Source: Botryllus schlosseri
Taxonomy: Eukaryota
DNA length: 64,000 nucleotides
Reading direction: 5' to 3'
Assembly: GCA_051294905.1 (NCBI GenBank)
Contig: CM119372.1
Location: 32,490,001-32,554,000, forward strand
This document shows positions 23,257 to 35,800 of the stretch, piece by piece. Position 1 is the stretch's first letter. Each line of letters starts with the position of its first letter. The notes beneath the pieces are model-generated. The model saw only the letters and a program-made list of their open reading frames with translations. It was not told the origin of the DNA and searched no databases. Position numbers and translations under genes: made by a program.

Positions 23257-24070
23257 CAGAGGTGAGCAACATTTTTTCTATTCACGGCCGCATTTCGATT
23301 ACTTGTGTAGCCTACGGCCGCATTCCAGGAAACGGCCGCAATGAACTAACAGGACGCCGAATACCCATGTTAAACTGCCATGTCCATTTCCGGTGAACTC
23401 CGGACTAATCTACATTTTGATATCGGCGTACTAGACGCACTGAAATCGCGAGTGGTCAATCTGGTCATGTTATCAATAGTTACTGGGACTCGTTATGTTC
23501 GTCATTAATATTAGTAGTTTCACATATTACTATCAAATATTTATCCTTTCTCAGCCCTTGTGATCAGATTCACAGGTAGAGTTGATGAAGGGGGTGCTTT
23601 CGAAAATTTAGGGCTAGTTATAAATGATGATTCATCTTCGGGTGAGCCAATTGGTATTGGTCACTTTATTGCATGCTGGTATTTCTTGAACTCCCATCAG
23701 GATTGTCGGTATAGTGGAAAGACATTGGAATCGCCCAAACGTACCAGAAACAGATTTCTGTCGTGAGGAGCACATGATTCCAAGTTGATATTTGTATATG
23801 GGGTGCACCATTTTCCTGTGCTGTTAGCGTCGACTGTGGGGCTCAGATTGCAAAGGGAGCTACTGTATTAAAATCAAAAAATGAAGTCACAGTGAATAGC
23901 GCGCAGCGCGAAGAAAATTTCCAAGATTAATTAAAATCTCTCGAAAATTCGGGAGTCAATTTGCATGTCGACGGCCGCGAACACATACTAATTGAATTAC
24001 GTGTTGACGGCCACGCAAATTCCTCTCTACGTCCGCATGCGGCCGTACGGCCGCAGGTTGCCCACCCCTG
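23257..24070. mobile_element. hAT-type MITE
   Basis: CAGAGGTGAGCAAC...GTTGCCCACCCCTG; TSD ATTTAAAG/ATTTAAAA. Absent from the paralogous flank of gene A. Confidence 0.75.
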
Positions 24071-24396
24071 ATTTAAAAATACACCGAACTTGTGTGAACT
24101 TGGGCGTCTTCTTATTATTATCACAACTTGTTACCGCTGTCCTTTCTACCTCTATTCAGGACTATTCCACGTTGAAAAATACTCCCGTTCTTAATATCAC
24201 GCAAAACCAAAACCATTCGAGCAAATACAAGAAAATCCTAACATCGACCTTTTTACTCGTTAAAAAACCATTACAAATTGCATCATTTGTCATTTTCATA
24301 TATATATTTCATAAAACAAATGTGCTTCGAAATATTTCAACAATGATAGCAAAATATAGTTGTTTCATCGTCCATCTCTTTGTTTCAAGTTGACAT

Positions 24397-27300
24397 TTAT
24401 TTCCCGAAACGTTTCGAGAAGCGAAGTTGGAACGATGGACTGGTGCGACCATACGGATTTCTTTGAAGGCCCTGTGTTTAAAAATATTGCATCATTTGAT
24501 TTTGAAGTCAAAAGCACATGTAATTTTCGTTTTGTTGCGGCTAGTTTCAAAGCGTTCACATTAGGAGAGCTATTTGAGTATGTTTCCATGACACTATCAC
24601 CGATAAAAGTGATGCTGAGTCATCCCAATATTACATTCCGCTTTTTAAGAGCTGAATTCTAACGATTAGGTATAGTTCTGCCCCAAAACTGCTCAAGTAG
24701 ATGTATCCTAAGAACATATCTCAGTGATTAAGTTGTGAGTGGAATTTTCCTACTTGAGTACTCATCATGGTAAAGGATAGCCTCATTTATATAATAAAAC
24801 TGAGCCGATCAGGGACGTGACCACAATGACATTTTCAAAGTGAAAAACATTTTAGCAATTAAGTGCGATCGCAGACGGATACCTCGTGACACAAGAAATG
24901 AATATGCGGTTGCTACGTTACCATGGCAATATCGTTGGAAAAGGGCGCCTTCTGGCTACAACAATGTAGAATGTAAATTAATTCACACTTGTTTTTTTTA
25001 GGCAAAGACAGTGTCGATAACTACACATTCGGTCGTGGTTGTAATTCTGTCATACTTACCGCCGAGGCACCAAGTCGTCCGCCAAAGACTCTCTGTGAAA
25101 AAATATCGAGAAACTGGCATCGAAGGTATGATTCGAATATTATTAATCTTACCCCAGAATATCCAGCGTTCACCCCGTATCCACCGTATGAGTTTCTGTT
25201 CTGTTAGCAATAAGATAACAGTTTGGGTGAATTCGAGTTGGGTTTGAATTCATTCGTTCAGAATCACTGGTATGTATAGGCTATATAGAATATATTAAAT
25301 AAATTTTGAACATCTTTTACACGTTCAACTAGGGTTATAAAATGTTGAATCTCAATAAATCGGCGGTTATGCATTGTGCTATTCATCTAGCACTAGAGTG
25401 GAAACACATTCATGTGTTACGCGAGTTATGATAGAAATTATTTCTCACCCCAGAAATCGACGCTCTTCCATTATTTTGGAACCTCTGAAATACAAATAAA
25501 TAGATTTTTAATAATAATTCATGGTTTCCCTTTCCGCGTTTTCTGTGGTTTTAATTTTGGACACTATAATCACTGATTTGGAGCCGCTTGTGTATACACT
25601 TACGTGCTCGTATCCTCCACGTAGCTGCCATGCATTACTTGGATGATGGAAGCTCTGAAACGACCCAGTGACATATTGAATTACTTGTGAAACAGAGGAA
25701 TATAATTTCAACACTCACCCCTCCTACAAACGCGTTTCCATTCTTGCCGACACCCTAAGAAAGGAGAACTCAATTTTCTATTTGAAAGGGTATGCTGGTT
25801 AATGCAACCTAGCTGTTCCATATACCATACCAAAGATCTAGTATTTCTCAAAAGATTATTTTCAAAAACGCTATTATGGCATAGGATCTGGAATGTACCG
25901 GAGTGGGTACTGGTCAAGCTACATCCCATACCCAAAAATTAGAAATCCATTGTGTAAGTTATCTCTAAACTAGATCTTCTACATACCCGGTTCAAACGTC
26001 CATTGTACGTAGTTCCGTATCTATCGTGTTCCTGAAATAAAATAAAAATCATAAAGACTTGAATATTACTTCGTTTCATTTCCGCTTGATCGAAGTCTAA
26101 ACTGAACATTTGCTTAAAATTGCGCACAACTTATAAACTGTAAGAGGGTTTTTAATCGGTTGATAACGGGTGATTTCGACTTTTTCCGGCACTCACGTAG
26201 TATTTCGTACATCTCGGCCTATAGCAGGCAGGAATGAGCGATTTTGCTTTTATGAAGATAGAATAGACCAGTGGTTCCCAACGTGGGCGATATTGCCCCC
26301 CAGGGGGCGATTTGGCGGTCTAGGGGGCGAAAATAACGAATGGGGCGATAGGGGGGCGAAAATGGAAGAAGGGGGCGATGGGGGGCGAAAACAAAGAAGG
26401 GGGCGATAGGGGGGCGATGGCGCGTTAAAACGGCTATATTGGAGTCGGGACCGTAACTACCGCACCCCAAACCCCCCAATTGGGAGTGGGGGCCCGAAAT
26501 CGAAGGAAGCCCAAATTTATTTCGTGAATTAACATGAATGATAGAGTAATTTTTTAGAAAATCATGCGACTTTTTCAAAATTTTCGCGCTGTGCGTGATT
26601 TAATATCTTCATGTATCTGGATGTTGGGGTCCCCGTCATCCAACAAAAATACGCCTGATTTATGGAAATGGGAGACTTCGGCGTCGGCCATTACTGCGCC
26701 ACGACGCGCCAAGACATATGAAGTTGGAGGCCCTGTAACATGCGACTCCGAGAAGTGTGCCAGAACGATCAGCAGCGAGAAGACCTTGTCCGAAAGAAAT
26801 GCCCTTGTGCTGACCGAAAATATCGATATATATACATATATGTTTAGTTGTCTATAGGCGCCTCAATGGCTGGCGTCGAATGTTCCTGTCCTGGTGACCT
26901 TAACCCTACAGGACAAATTCCATTCCGCAAGGAAAATATTATTTGACAGTAAAGAAATACCAATATGAAATCATGTGCGTCTTTTAGTTTGGTACGTTTT
27001 GGCGATTTCCATATCTTCTGATATAGCAGATATAGGAGGTCACGAAATAGCATCATGTAAAGAAGTCAATATAACAACGATTCCGCCGAAGATGTTTAAT
27101 TATTATTTAGGAGTCCTACCTTTTCCGACATACCACATCGACCATATTGACCGATTCAAACAGGAATTATATAAATTTATCGCGCTTCGCTCGTTCAGGC
27201 GAAATACGGTGACTCACCAAACAGTACATGAAATAGGGTATAGCTGATATGTAGCGACAAAAAGCCCACTGGCTGAGGGGGGTCTGGGGTTTGGTTTATC

Positions 27301-29928
27301 ACCAAAGACCAACGTTTTTTTTGGGGAGGCTGACGAATACTGTTTTTCGGTTCCCAATATCTGGGGGGCGATGATCGGTGTGGAGCTTCAAAAGGGGGCG
27401 ATGAGTCGAAAAAGGTTGGGAACCACTGGAATAGACGATCAGTAAACTTCAAAACCGTGACACTCAAGTACTATATGCTCCTGACTCCCTCAATATTCCG
27501 TAATTCGCTTTGATGGATTCACATCATTTATTTGAAAATGGTGCCTCCGTTTACACAGGCAGAACTGTAATTTCGGGATCTATGTATTCGAAAGTGCTGC
27601 TGTCGATCTCTCGGCCATTATACAACTAACTTACATATATGCATATTGCAGCATTGGCTAGAGCTTTTCTGGTCGTCCAAGAGTTAGAGGTATTAGTCAC
27701 TTTAGAGACTGGCTTATTCTATTAATATTCATCTAAATCTTTCTCTTATCACCCATCATTTCAAGCCATTTTTGATTGCCTGAAAATCTATTATTAGGCT
27801 ACAATCACATATTCCAGAAATTTCACCAAGACGTGCACGATATGAATGATCATGATCATTCACTTCCGCTAATACCCAGAGGTGGTCAAAGTAGCCAAGA
27901 AAGCTACTCAAGTAGAAGTAGAAGTAGCGACGAAAAAATCTACTCAAGTACGAGTAGAAGTACTTCTTCAATGAGTCACCTAAAACTACTTGAAGTAGCA
28001 GTGGAATTTACTGACTTTAAATCTACTCAAGTAAGTAAGTAGTTTTGAAAACAGTCTTAATTCGTTCGCATGGACACTCAAAAGATGCGAATTGAGCTAT
28101 GCGGCAGGTGCAGAGAGCTTGATTCGTAGTGATGCATCCCAGGAGGTATCAATTTTCGACTGAATAAGCAATGTTTTGCATCATGGGATGCGAATTATAG
28201 TATTGATATGAAAATGCTATACTAACCCTCTGTTTACTAGAAGACCCCGTTTTTAGAGAATATCATGGCATGGCGCCATACCCCATATTATAAGGTGCCA
28301 AGTTTAGGCGAAGAGCAATACGTAGAAGTTGTATCGGATAGGGTTTCATCATTTTGCGCGATTAGTATACGTTATTAACAAATATTGTGGATCGTAAAAG
28401 TTATATTTAGTGTAGCTTTATTTTCGAAAAATAGAGGCATTACTACACTTGCTTTTGTGCTTCAACATGTATGTCATGCAGACAAAAGAACTGAAAGTAA
28501 TTAGAACTCAAAGTATGATACTCGTAATTGAAAGTGAAATACAAATACCACATCTAAAAAGTGGAAAATATACTTCATGTCTTTTGCCCATAAAGCTTCA
28601 AAGGTGATATGCTAAAAACAGGTGCAACGTTCAAAAAAGCTGGATTTTTCAGATTAGCAGTAAACGATTAGCTAGATTACAATATGATAGGTAATTGCTA
28701 GATTGCGAAACGGTAGTTTCAAACGTTATGATGGGCCATATTTACCGTGATGAAATAATTAATATGGGCGAAAATGCGGTGTGAGAGCAATCAAGCAATC
28801 CGGTACCTAAATTATATTCACTGATACTTTCATGAAAACATATTTGTCAGTCCATCACAACTATGCGCGAAGTGCAACAAAATTTATGAGCTTTACTTGA
28901 CTTTTATGAATATTAAATGTTGGTACTCCGTGAAAACAGCCCCGAAATTCCTCAGGCTATGTTTCGTATTGGGGGATTAAACTACTTCTACTTGACAAAC
29001 TGAAAATAGCGAAAAGTAAGTAAGTAGATCACAAAATTTTACGAAGTAGAAGTAGAAGTAGAGAAAATCAGATCTACTTGAGTAAGTACCAGAAGTAGAG
29101 GAACACTACTTGAGTACTTCCAAAAAGTAGAAGTGCTTCGTTACTGACCACCTCTGCTAATACCTTATAGTTATTGAACGTCACAGAATGCGATTATGAC
29201 TTCAGCATATACTGCACCTGTATAGCACTATAGCCCATCCACATTCCCATATAATAACTGATTTACTTACAATGCTGCCTTCAACACTTCCCCGGGCTTG
29301 GCGTTTTGCTCTACGTCGTGGCTGGAATGGCAATCATATCATAAATGCGACGGTTATTTAATACGAAAAGATGTGGTGTTACCATGGTCGGTTCGCTATG
29401 CGCCACGTCCTGTTGGTTGTCATCCTTAACCACTGGGAAGCGAGGTATCTGCAATGAATTTCGAGTTTAATTGGCGTAATACAGGAAGGTAAATTACGCT
29501 CACTGCGTCCAATTGACAATGGCGTGTAGCGGATAAATTCAAAATAGCAACTAAGCGGAGATTGGTAAATACGAAGCATATCATATTCCACTTACCGACT
29601 TCAAAATGCAACTCACACCATTCCAGCAGCATTCGTGAGTCGTAGAGCATTTATCGGCCGTTTCAACGAATTCTCCAGTGCAGAGATCCACGCACGTATC
29701 TGCATACATATTTAATTCATGAAACTAGCGTGACAATGTCAAAATTTCGAATTTGTAACTGAGAAGTGATAACTCTAAAATAGATTGTTTACCTTCGATG
29801 TCGGTGGAGCAAACACCGATATGGACAAGAACAAGTCTGTTCAACTCGCATCTTCGCAAAGGCAAGGTAGTGGCTTGAATCTGGAGCACAGCAGCAAAAG
29901 CTAAAAAAACAATTGCCATCTTCATCAT
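24397..29928 (-). CDS. Gene B: 11-exon secreted precursor (226 aa), paralog of gene A, with C-terminal amidation signal F-G-K
   Basis: Exons 29793-29928, 29596-29699, 29383-29448, 29271-29321, 25987-26031, 25719-25754, 25604-25654, 25449-25484, 25153-25200, 25060-25092, 24397-24471; all introns GT..AG. Protein: MMKMAIVFLAFAAVLQIQA-TTLPLRRCELNRLVLVHIGVCSTDIEDTCVDLCTGEFVETADKCSTTHECCWNGVSCILKSIPRFPVVKDDNQQDVAHSEPTMPRRRAKR-QARGSVEGSIEHDRYGTTYNGRLNRGVGKNGNAFVGGSFHHPSNAWQLRGGYEHRFQNNGRASISGNRNSYGGYGVNAGYSGRVFGGRLGASAGLQRNPYGRTSPSFQLRFSKRFGK*. Exons are clearly better conserved than introns relative to gene A. Confidence 0.85.
26269..27428 (+). mobile_element. Second copy of the CAGTGGTTCCCAAC composite MITE (intron 4 of gene B)
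   Basis: Full TIRs and perfect TSD GAATAGAC. Contains the nested element at the same ATTGGAGT site as the 3842 copy. Confidence 0.85.
27877..29156. mobile_element. hAT-type element with AGTAGA/TACTCAAGTA subterminal repeats (intron 4 of gene B)
   Basis: CAGAGGTGGTCA...TGACCACCTCTG, perfect TSD CTAATACC. Confidence 0.85.
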
Positions 29929-30009
29929 GATGTATGCGCGATTCTACCTCTTTGTTCCGAGATATTCTTGACAAATTTCAATTTAGAGAACTCACGGATT
30001 GGACAGATA

Positions 30010-30035
30010 TTATATACTAATTTACGGGGAAATTA
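30010..30035 (-). promoter_or_regulatory. TATA box plus kappaB-like motif upstream of gene B
   Basis: TATATAA (minus strand) at 30010-30016 and GGGGAAATTA at 30026-30035, same spacing as in gene A. Confidence 0.45.
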
Positions 30036-30616
30036 TGTGGTTGGCACCGGCAATTCGTGGACTATTGAAACTTCGGATGTCGCGTAAAATACACAAATCG
30101 AAAACTTGAATTACCTCATCGAAATAACTTCGTTTCGAATGAATATTGGGTAATACCATGGCAAATGCCATGCGATTATTTGACAGGCAATATACCAACA
30201 TGATTAGATTGCTGTCGAAACTAATCAGAACTGAACAATGGCTATTACGCAGTTCGGGTGGGTATCGCTTCAAATAGGGTTCATTCCAAGGTTTCATTGC
30301 AGTTAGGTTCATTCATGCCTTTTTTTATTTCTGCAGAATTTTCTGACGATTTTGATCATTTATCGTGAAAATAGCTAACACAGATGACATATCATAGTTG
30401 CCGGTCATTCTATTTGCAGGCTACCTCATGGTATTCCTTAGTTCACATTGCTGCTCTGTAGGTTATGTATTGAAGTGATGCCCATTTCGACAACATGAAA
30501 ACCATGTTTTTTAATATAAATAAACTGATATATAGGCCAGATTACTAGGAATATTCACACGGACGGCGAAATGTGAAAAACAGACCACGCGTTCACCACA
30601 ACAACCCTAAAGTAGT

Positions 30617-30885
30617 GGCGAGATAGCGCAGTGGTATAGTCCACGGCTGCAACACCAATGGGTGCGGGTTCGAGTCCGACCGAGGTCGACTTCAGAATTC
30701 CGATATTTAAGTGTTGGAGATTTACCTAGGCTCATTCGAGTAAGCGGTGTCTTACAAAAAGCCTACAGGTTGGCCGCGCTATAAGTCGGCAGTTACGGAA
30801 AATAATGAAGAATATCGGCATGGTGTAAACGACCGTAGTAGTTGACAAACACCATGAACACCACAAAACAAAAACCATAAAATAT
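30617..30885 (+). mobile_element. tRNA-derived SINE-like element
   Basis: Pol III A box TAGCGCAGTGG and B box GGTTCGAGTCC with no closing acceptor stem, followed by ACCGAGGTCGACT and an A-rich tail (caaaacaaaaaccataaaa). Confidence 0.5.
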
Positions 30886-32857
30886 TACAGGGCAGCGCTT
30901 ATTGACTGGTGAGACATGGGCCCACTACTGTCCCATTTGCAATTATTTTCAGATAGACCACAGAGGTAACAGCGGTTCAAGTTCGAGATCTTTTTTGGCT
31001 TTGAAGTAGACATGTCTGCAGGGGATAGGGACAGGGGGAAGATAGCCTACGTCTTTTCCTTTCTTTCTGAATTGGTGTCTGTGATGTCAAATATCAATGT
31101 TAAATTGGCTGCTGGGGGACTTTGCACCCAGGCACAAGGCGCCCTTGTGGTTTTTCAGTCATGACTATTTTCTTGTAAAATAGCTTGCGCACGAAGGATT
31201 CTAAATATAGAAGCAGAAAACGCCTTTTCATAAACAGGGTGTTGCTTTTCTCCGGCACCAAAGACTCCCACGACATTATCCGTCTCCGACTTCAAAGAAT
31301 TCTATGTATTTTCGGCCGCTATTAAAACTTGCACATTTTAATTGATTCGACTCCAGAATTCCTATACCTATTAAACATTAAAGGTTTATCTAGCCTACTC
31401 CTTGCCACGTGATCCGCATAAATGGTATCTCACAAAGAGCCAATAACGGCAGTGGACAGGGCTATAAGTCGGCCCCTGACGACAAAATGTGAAAGTAAAT
31501 TCACATCTGGACCATCGGATCACAACCTGTTGGAAATACACCCAAAGAAATATAAAACTTACAAATCTCATTATAGCTTTTGGTGACATACATTCAAATC
31601 CGATGACAGGAAGAGACAGGACTGAAACATCACTTGGGGTGGACCCATTGGTATTATTGACTTTATTGCACCTTGTTAGTACTTGACCTCCCATCAGGAT
31701 TTTCGGTATAATCAAAATATATTGGAATCGCCCAAAAGTGCCAAAAAATAACTTCTTGAGTGAGACGCACACGATTCAAATTGGCATTACTTTATGAGCG
31801 AATCATTTTCCTTTGCGGTTCGTATTTGTTAGCTGAGGCTCAGATGGCAATGACACTGCTATATCAGAATCTACAAATCAAGTCAACCTGAATCACAGGT
31901 TGGCCACCACTGGTTGAGGGAGAGGTACACTGGAGTTGCATCGCACTTGCGCGGTACTTTTTCTCATACACATTTATTAAAAATCATATCCTATTACAGT
32001 AGTTTTTCTTCACCCTGATCGAAATTTTAAACCGTGAGAGATCATCGCTAAAGGTAACTGTGAGCAATAAAATACCAATATGAACTATATGGTATCATAT
32101 GAAACTCTGCTCGCGGAGTCAGTTATAGTAGTTTCGATCAGTATTGATTTACAAAAAGCTGCATTGGAAAAATCGAGGATGACGATTGCATTGACTAGCT
32201 TTGTAGCTCTGCTGATTCGGTTATTTCCAAGACTCTCGAACTATAAGTAGGCTAAGAGGAGTCAATCCAACCCACGTTTTATTTCGAGATTATTCTTGAT
32301 GTATGAATGCGATATGGCGTAGCCGTGGTATATGACTATAAATGCTATATACCTGGTGTGGATGGGCCGACGAATATCTGTCCATTAATTAGTCATAACT
32401 ATATACTTATTAAATGTCTAATTAACGATTGGGATCTGGCTAGGTCGGGTCACCATTTCAAGTTGGCTATAGTTCACATCAAAGTGGACTGACATAATCG
32501 GTTAGTCTTAATAAGATTGCACATTGCCAGTGGCAACGAATGAAATGCCAGTTCTTCTGAAAAAACATAGGATATATGGCTCAACTTGGGAAAGATGTTT
32601 TACGCAATTTATCATATTATGTCCTCGGGACGCTATGTTTGTGCTCAGCGCCACTGGATATCGCATATTAATCGTTGGATACATGTATAGGGATTTTTTG
32701 AATCATGTTATTAAGTCCCGTATGCCATTGTGTCGCATGTTCACGTAGCCACGGACAATAATGACTATACAAACTATGTCACCCATCCATCTACATTGAA
32801 ATTTACCTGTCATCTTTTCGTTCTCTCTGTTGACGGAGCAATCTAAAATCTACAAAA

Positions 32858-35800
32858 ATGAAAGTCTTATTCATAACATTAACGATTGTTGCAATCGGCA
32901 CGATTGATGCCGCGACCATCTCACTAAATCACTGCGAGGTGGCCAAACTCATCATTGCGTACAGCGGGATATGTTCAATGAATAGTTCAGGTGGGTAAAT
33001 GTATTGTTCACCGCAAACTGGTCGAAAACTATGTGCGAAGGGTCTATTGAATATATAGAAAGCTCATAGCCATATGACCTATTGAACGTATTTTGATTTT
33101 GCCTCATATTTAGATCCTTGTGAAGACTACTGCACTGGGGAAATTATAGAAACTGAAATCGACTGCTCGATAAGAGACGAATGCTGCTGGACTGGAGAGG
33201 AATGCATAATGAAAGAGGTGCGATCGTTACCCTAACACTCGCTCTGAATCACCAATCTATGGCGTCTATACTACAAAATCCTCACGTGCGTCTCGACTCG
33301 CGTGGTCGATTTATGTGCCTATGTTTGAAACCCCATAGTTAACGTAGGTGTTCAGCCCTACGATTGTCAATTGTCTCATTTCATAGACACTAGCGCTGTA
33401 TATGATATTTTGACGGCGCCTTTTCTCCAACGGCTTCAGAATGCCCCATGTTATTTGCAATGGACGTGGAAAAACTGATGTCGAAATAAATAGCTCGAAA
33501 TCCAAACGCTGATATACGTATTTCACTACAGATTCCGGAACCAAGCTATGAGGATATCACGCCAGAGGAAGACTCAAACTCGGAAATGCAGGTAACCAAA
33601 AGATATATTTTATCTGCGATCGGCAGGCAATTATTAGTGTTTTCCGATCGAGCTCCCAAAGTAGTGGTGTTTATATTGGATTCAACGAATCAACTCATGA
33701 GTCGGTGTGCTGCTAATCAGTTCACGAGCAGCCGGCTATAAACGATTCACATTCATCACCAAATAGATCAATTGATATGTAGGGTTACCATACGTCCTCT
33801 TTTAAGAGGATTTGTCCTCTTTTTTGACTTTTTTTTTTTAAGTGTCCTCGGAGGACGCCCTTTTGTCCTATTTTTTGAGATTTTGTCCTCTTTTTTGAAA
33901 ATTTAGGTCACATTTAGAGCAAAATGCGAGTGAGATGCCGTAAATTAGCACAGGAATGACGCTCCGGCGGTTATTTCGGAGTAAAAAAACGGTGATTTGA
34001 GGTCTGAGCGAAAAGTTGACCTTTTTTTTTTTTAGTCAACCGATCACAAAGTGGGAAAAATTCACCGATTTTTGAGAATTCTTCTCCGGTTTTGCGAGCC
34101 TCAAATTTCTGAAAAAGTGTCCTCTTTTTAGATTTCCAAAATATGGTAAGCCTAATTGATATGTGACTTGCTACTTCATTAGATGCGTTTGCTCGTAATT
34201 GTATGTACGACTCGTGTTGTCTAATTTACATTATTCTGACAAGCAGATCCTTAATAGTAAGTATACTTATCAGATTGCGCTCTACAAATCAAATGACACT
34301 TTTCAATCTACTTCGTTATCGCGAACAATTGGCTCTTCTTATTTATTCTAATTATACACGAGATGGATCTCTTTCAAAGTTCCGATATCGGTGTTAATAG
34401 TCGGTCAGGGTGGCTGTATTTTGTCGCATATATTGTCCCTTACATATTTATCTACTTGCTGCTATGTATGCGTAAGCAATGAAATGCCTATCCTAAGCAA
34501 ACCTTGCTGCATCTTCCCCGTCGTTCCCTTCGACAAATTCTTCTCACTCTCCCAGAGACGGTCAATGGGGGAGTATTTACGTTTTTTGGAGTACTCGGGT
34601 AGGTTTTCCCTCAAGTGGTCATATTTTTAGACTACTTAAACTTTTACATTTTTAGCAAAAATACTTTTGAGAATTCAGATTTTTTAAAGTATAAAATAGT
34701 TTTAGGATAAGATTGCATCACTTTTAAAAGTGAGATTTTCGAAAAAACGGCGTGAAATAGGTTTTGTATTACAATAACGAAAGATATTTGCGAAGATACT
34801 ATCGATTTGCAGAGTAATTAATTAGTCTGCGTACGTCACGGAAAAAACATATTGCGATTTCAAAATAAGCCAGCTCCCCTTCACTGCGAAAGGCATGCTA
34901 CCACTCGGCGAAATCTACGTTTGGAAACTAATTACTTGAGTACTTCTTTAACCTTACTTTTCTACTTGCACTCGCACTGGTTTTGACATTTCTTGGAATC
35001 CGCTACTTTTACTGATAATTGCGTCGAAATTTTCGCCGTTACGTATACATCTACTTGACTAGCAACGCTGACTACTTTGATCACCTATGCTTTTTCTATT
35101 AGGATCAAGCTACCGTTGCGCCTATGGAGGAAAATATGCCAGAGGAGACTGTGAGTAAATGATCTGTAGCGAATCTCACGTTCCTTCTATCACTATCGTG
35201 CGCTTACAATCCAGACGTTGAAAAGGTCAAAGCGCCGGGCAGGAGGTGGCTTCGAAGCGGACGTGGTAAGATATCCATTTGCAATGTGAATGCACGAGCA
35301 CTTGTATTCTATAGAAAATATTATGTATCCACCATCAGGGATAATAACAACGAGTCGTGCATTCGAATCTTGGTCCATACTATACATAGTATTTTTCAAG
35401 TCGACAACATAACATATGGTATTTTCCGGTATCGAAACTACACCCAATACAGTTTAGGAGCGTGAAATATTATCATGTTAAAATGCTTGGTGCTTACTCC
35501 AGAAATCTGGAAGTCCCGAACCTATTCTTATTCCATTATCGCGGTCATCCAAACACCAAACGAAAGACGTTACATCCTGATATGAGCAATTTGAGAGAGG
35601 TTGGTAGCGCGCGACTGTCAGCGTTAAATAAACATCGTTGTATCATAATTTTCGATTGTCAAATACGGATAACTGATGTGGTATTCGTTGTGGTCACATG
35701 GTGTAACTTTGAAGCATTGTGTCCCGTTATTGTGTAATCTGTGCATCCCAAACATAAATGCTGATAGAAGCGAACGATATGGAGTCCCAGTCGTCATGTT

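Noticed and set aside
29194..29217. Alternative short terminal exon VQYMLKS* for gene B
   Set aside because: Not conserved in gene A, whereas seven downstream exons are conserved in both genes.
29793..29928. Insulin-like precursor (B-chain-like Cys helix plus a basic cleavage site)
   Set aside because: Spacing is C-x12-C rather than C-x11-C, and the peptide after RAKR has no cysteines, so there is no A chain.
30617..30690. Functional tRNA gene
   Set aside because: A and B boxes are present but no acceptor or anticodon stem closes; treated as a SINE head.
32690..32699. kappaB-like GGGATTTTTT upstream of gene C
   Set aside because: Weak match, changed to AGGATTTTTT in gene D, and expected by chance in AT-rich DNA.
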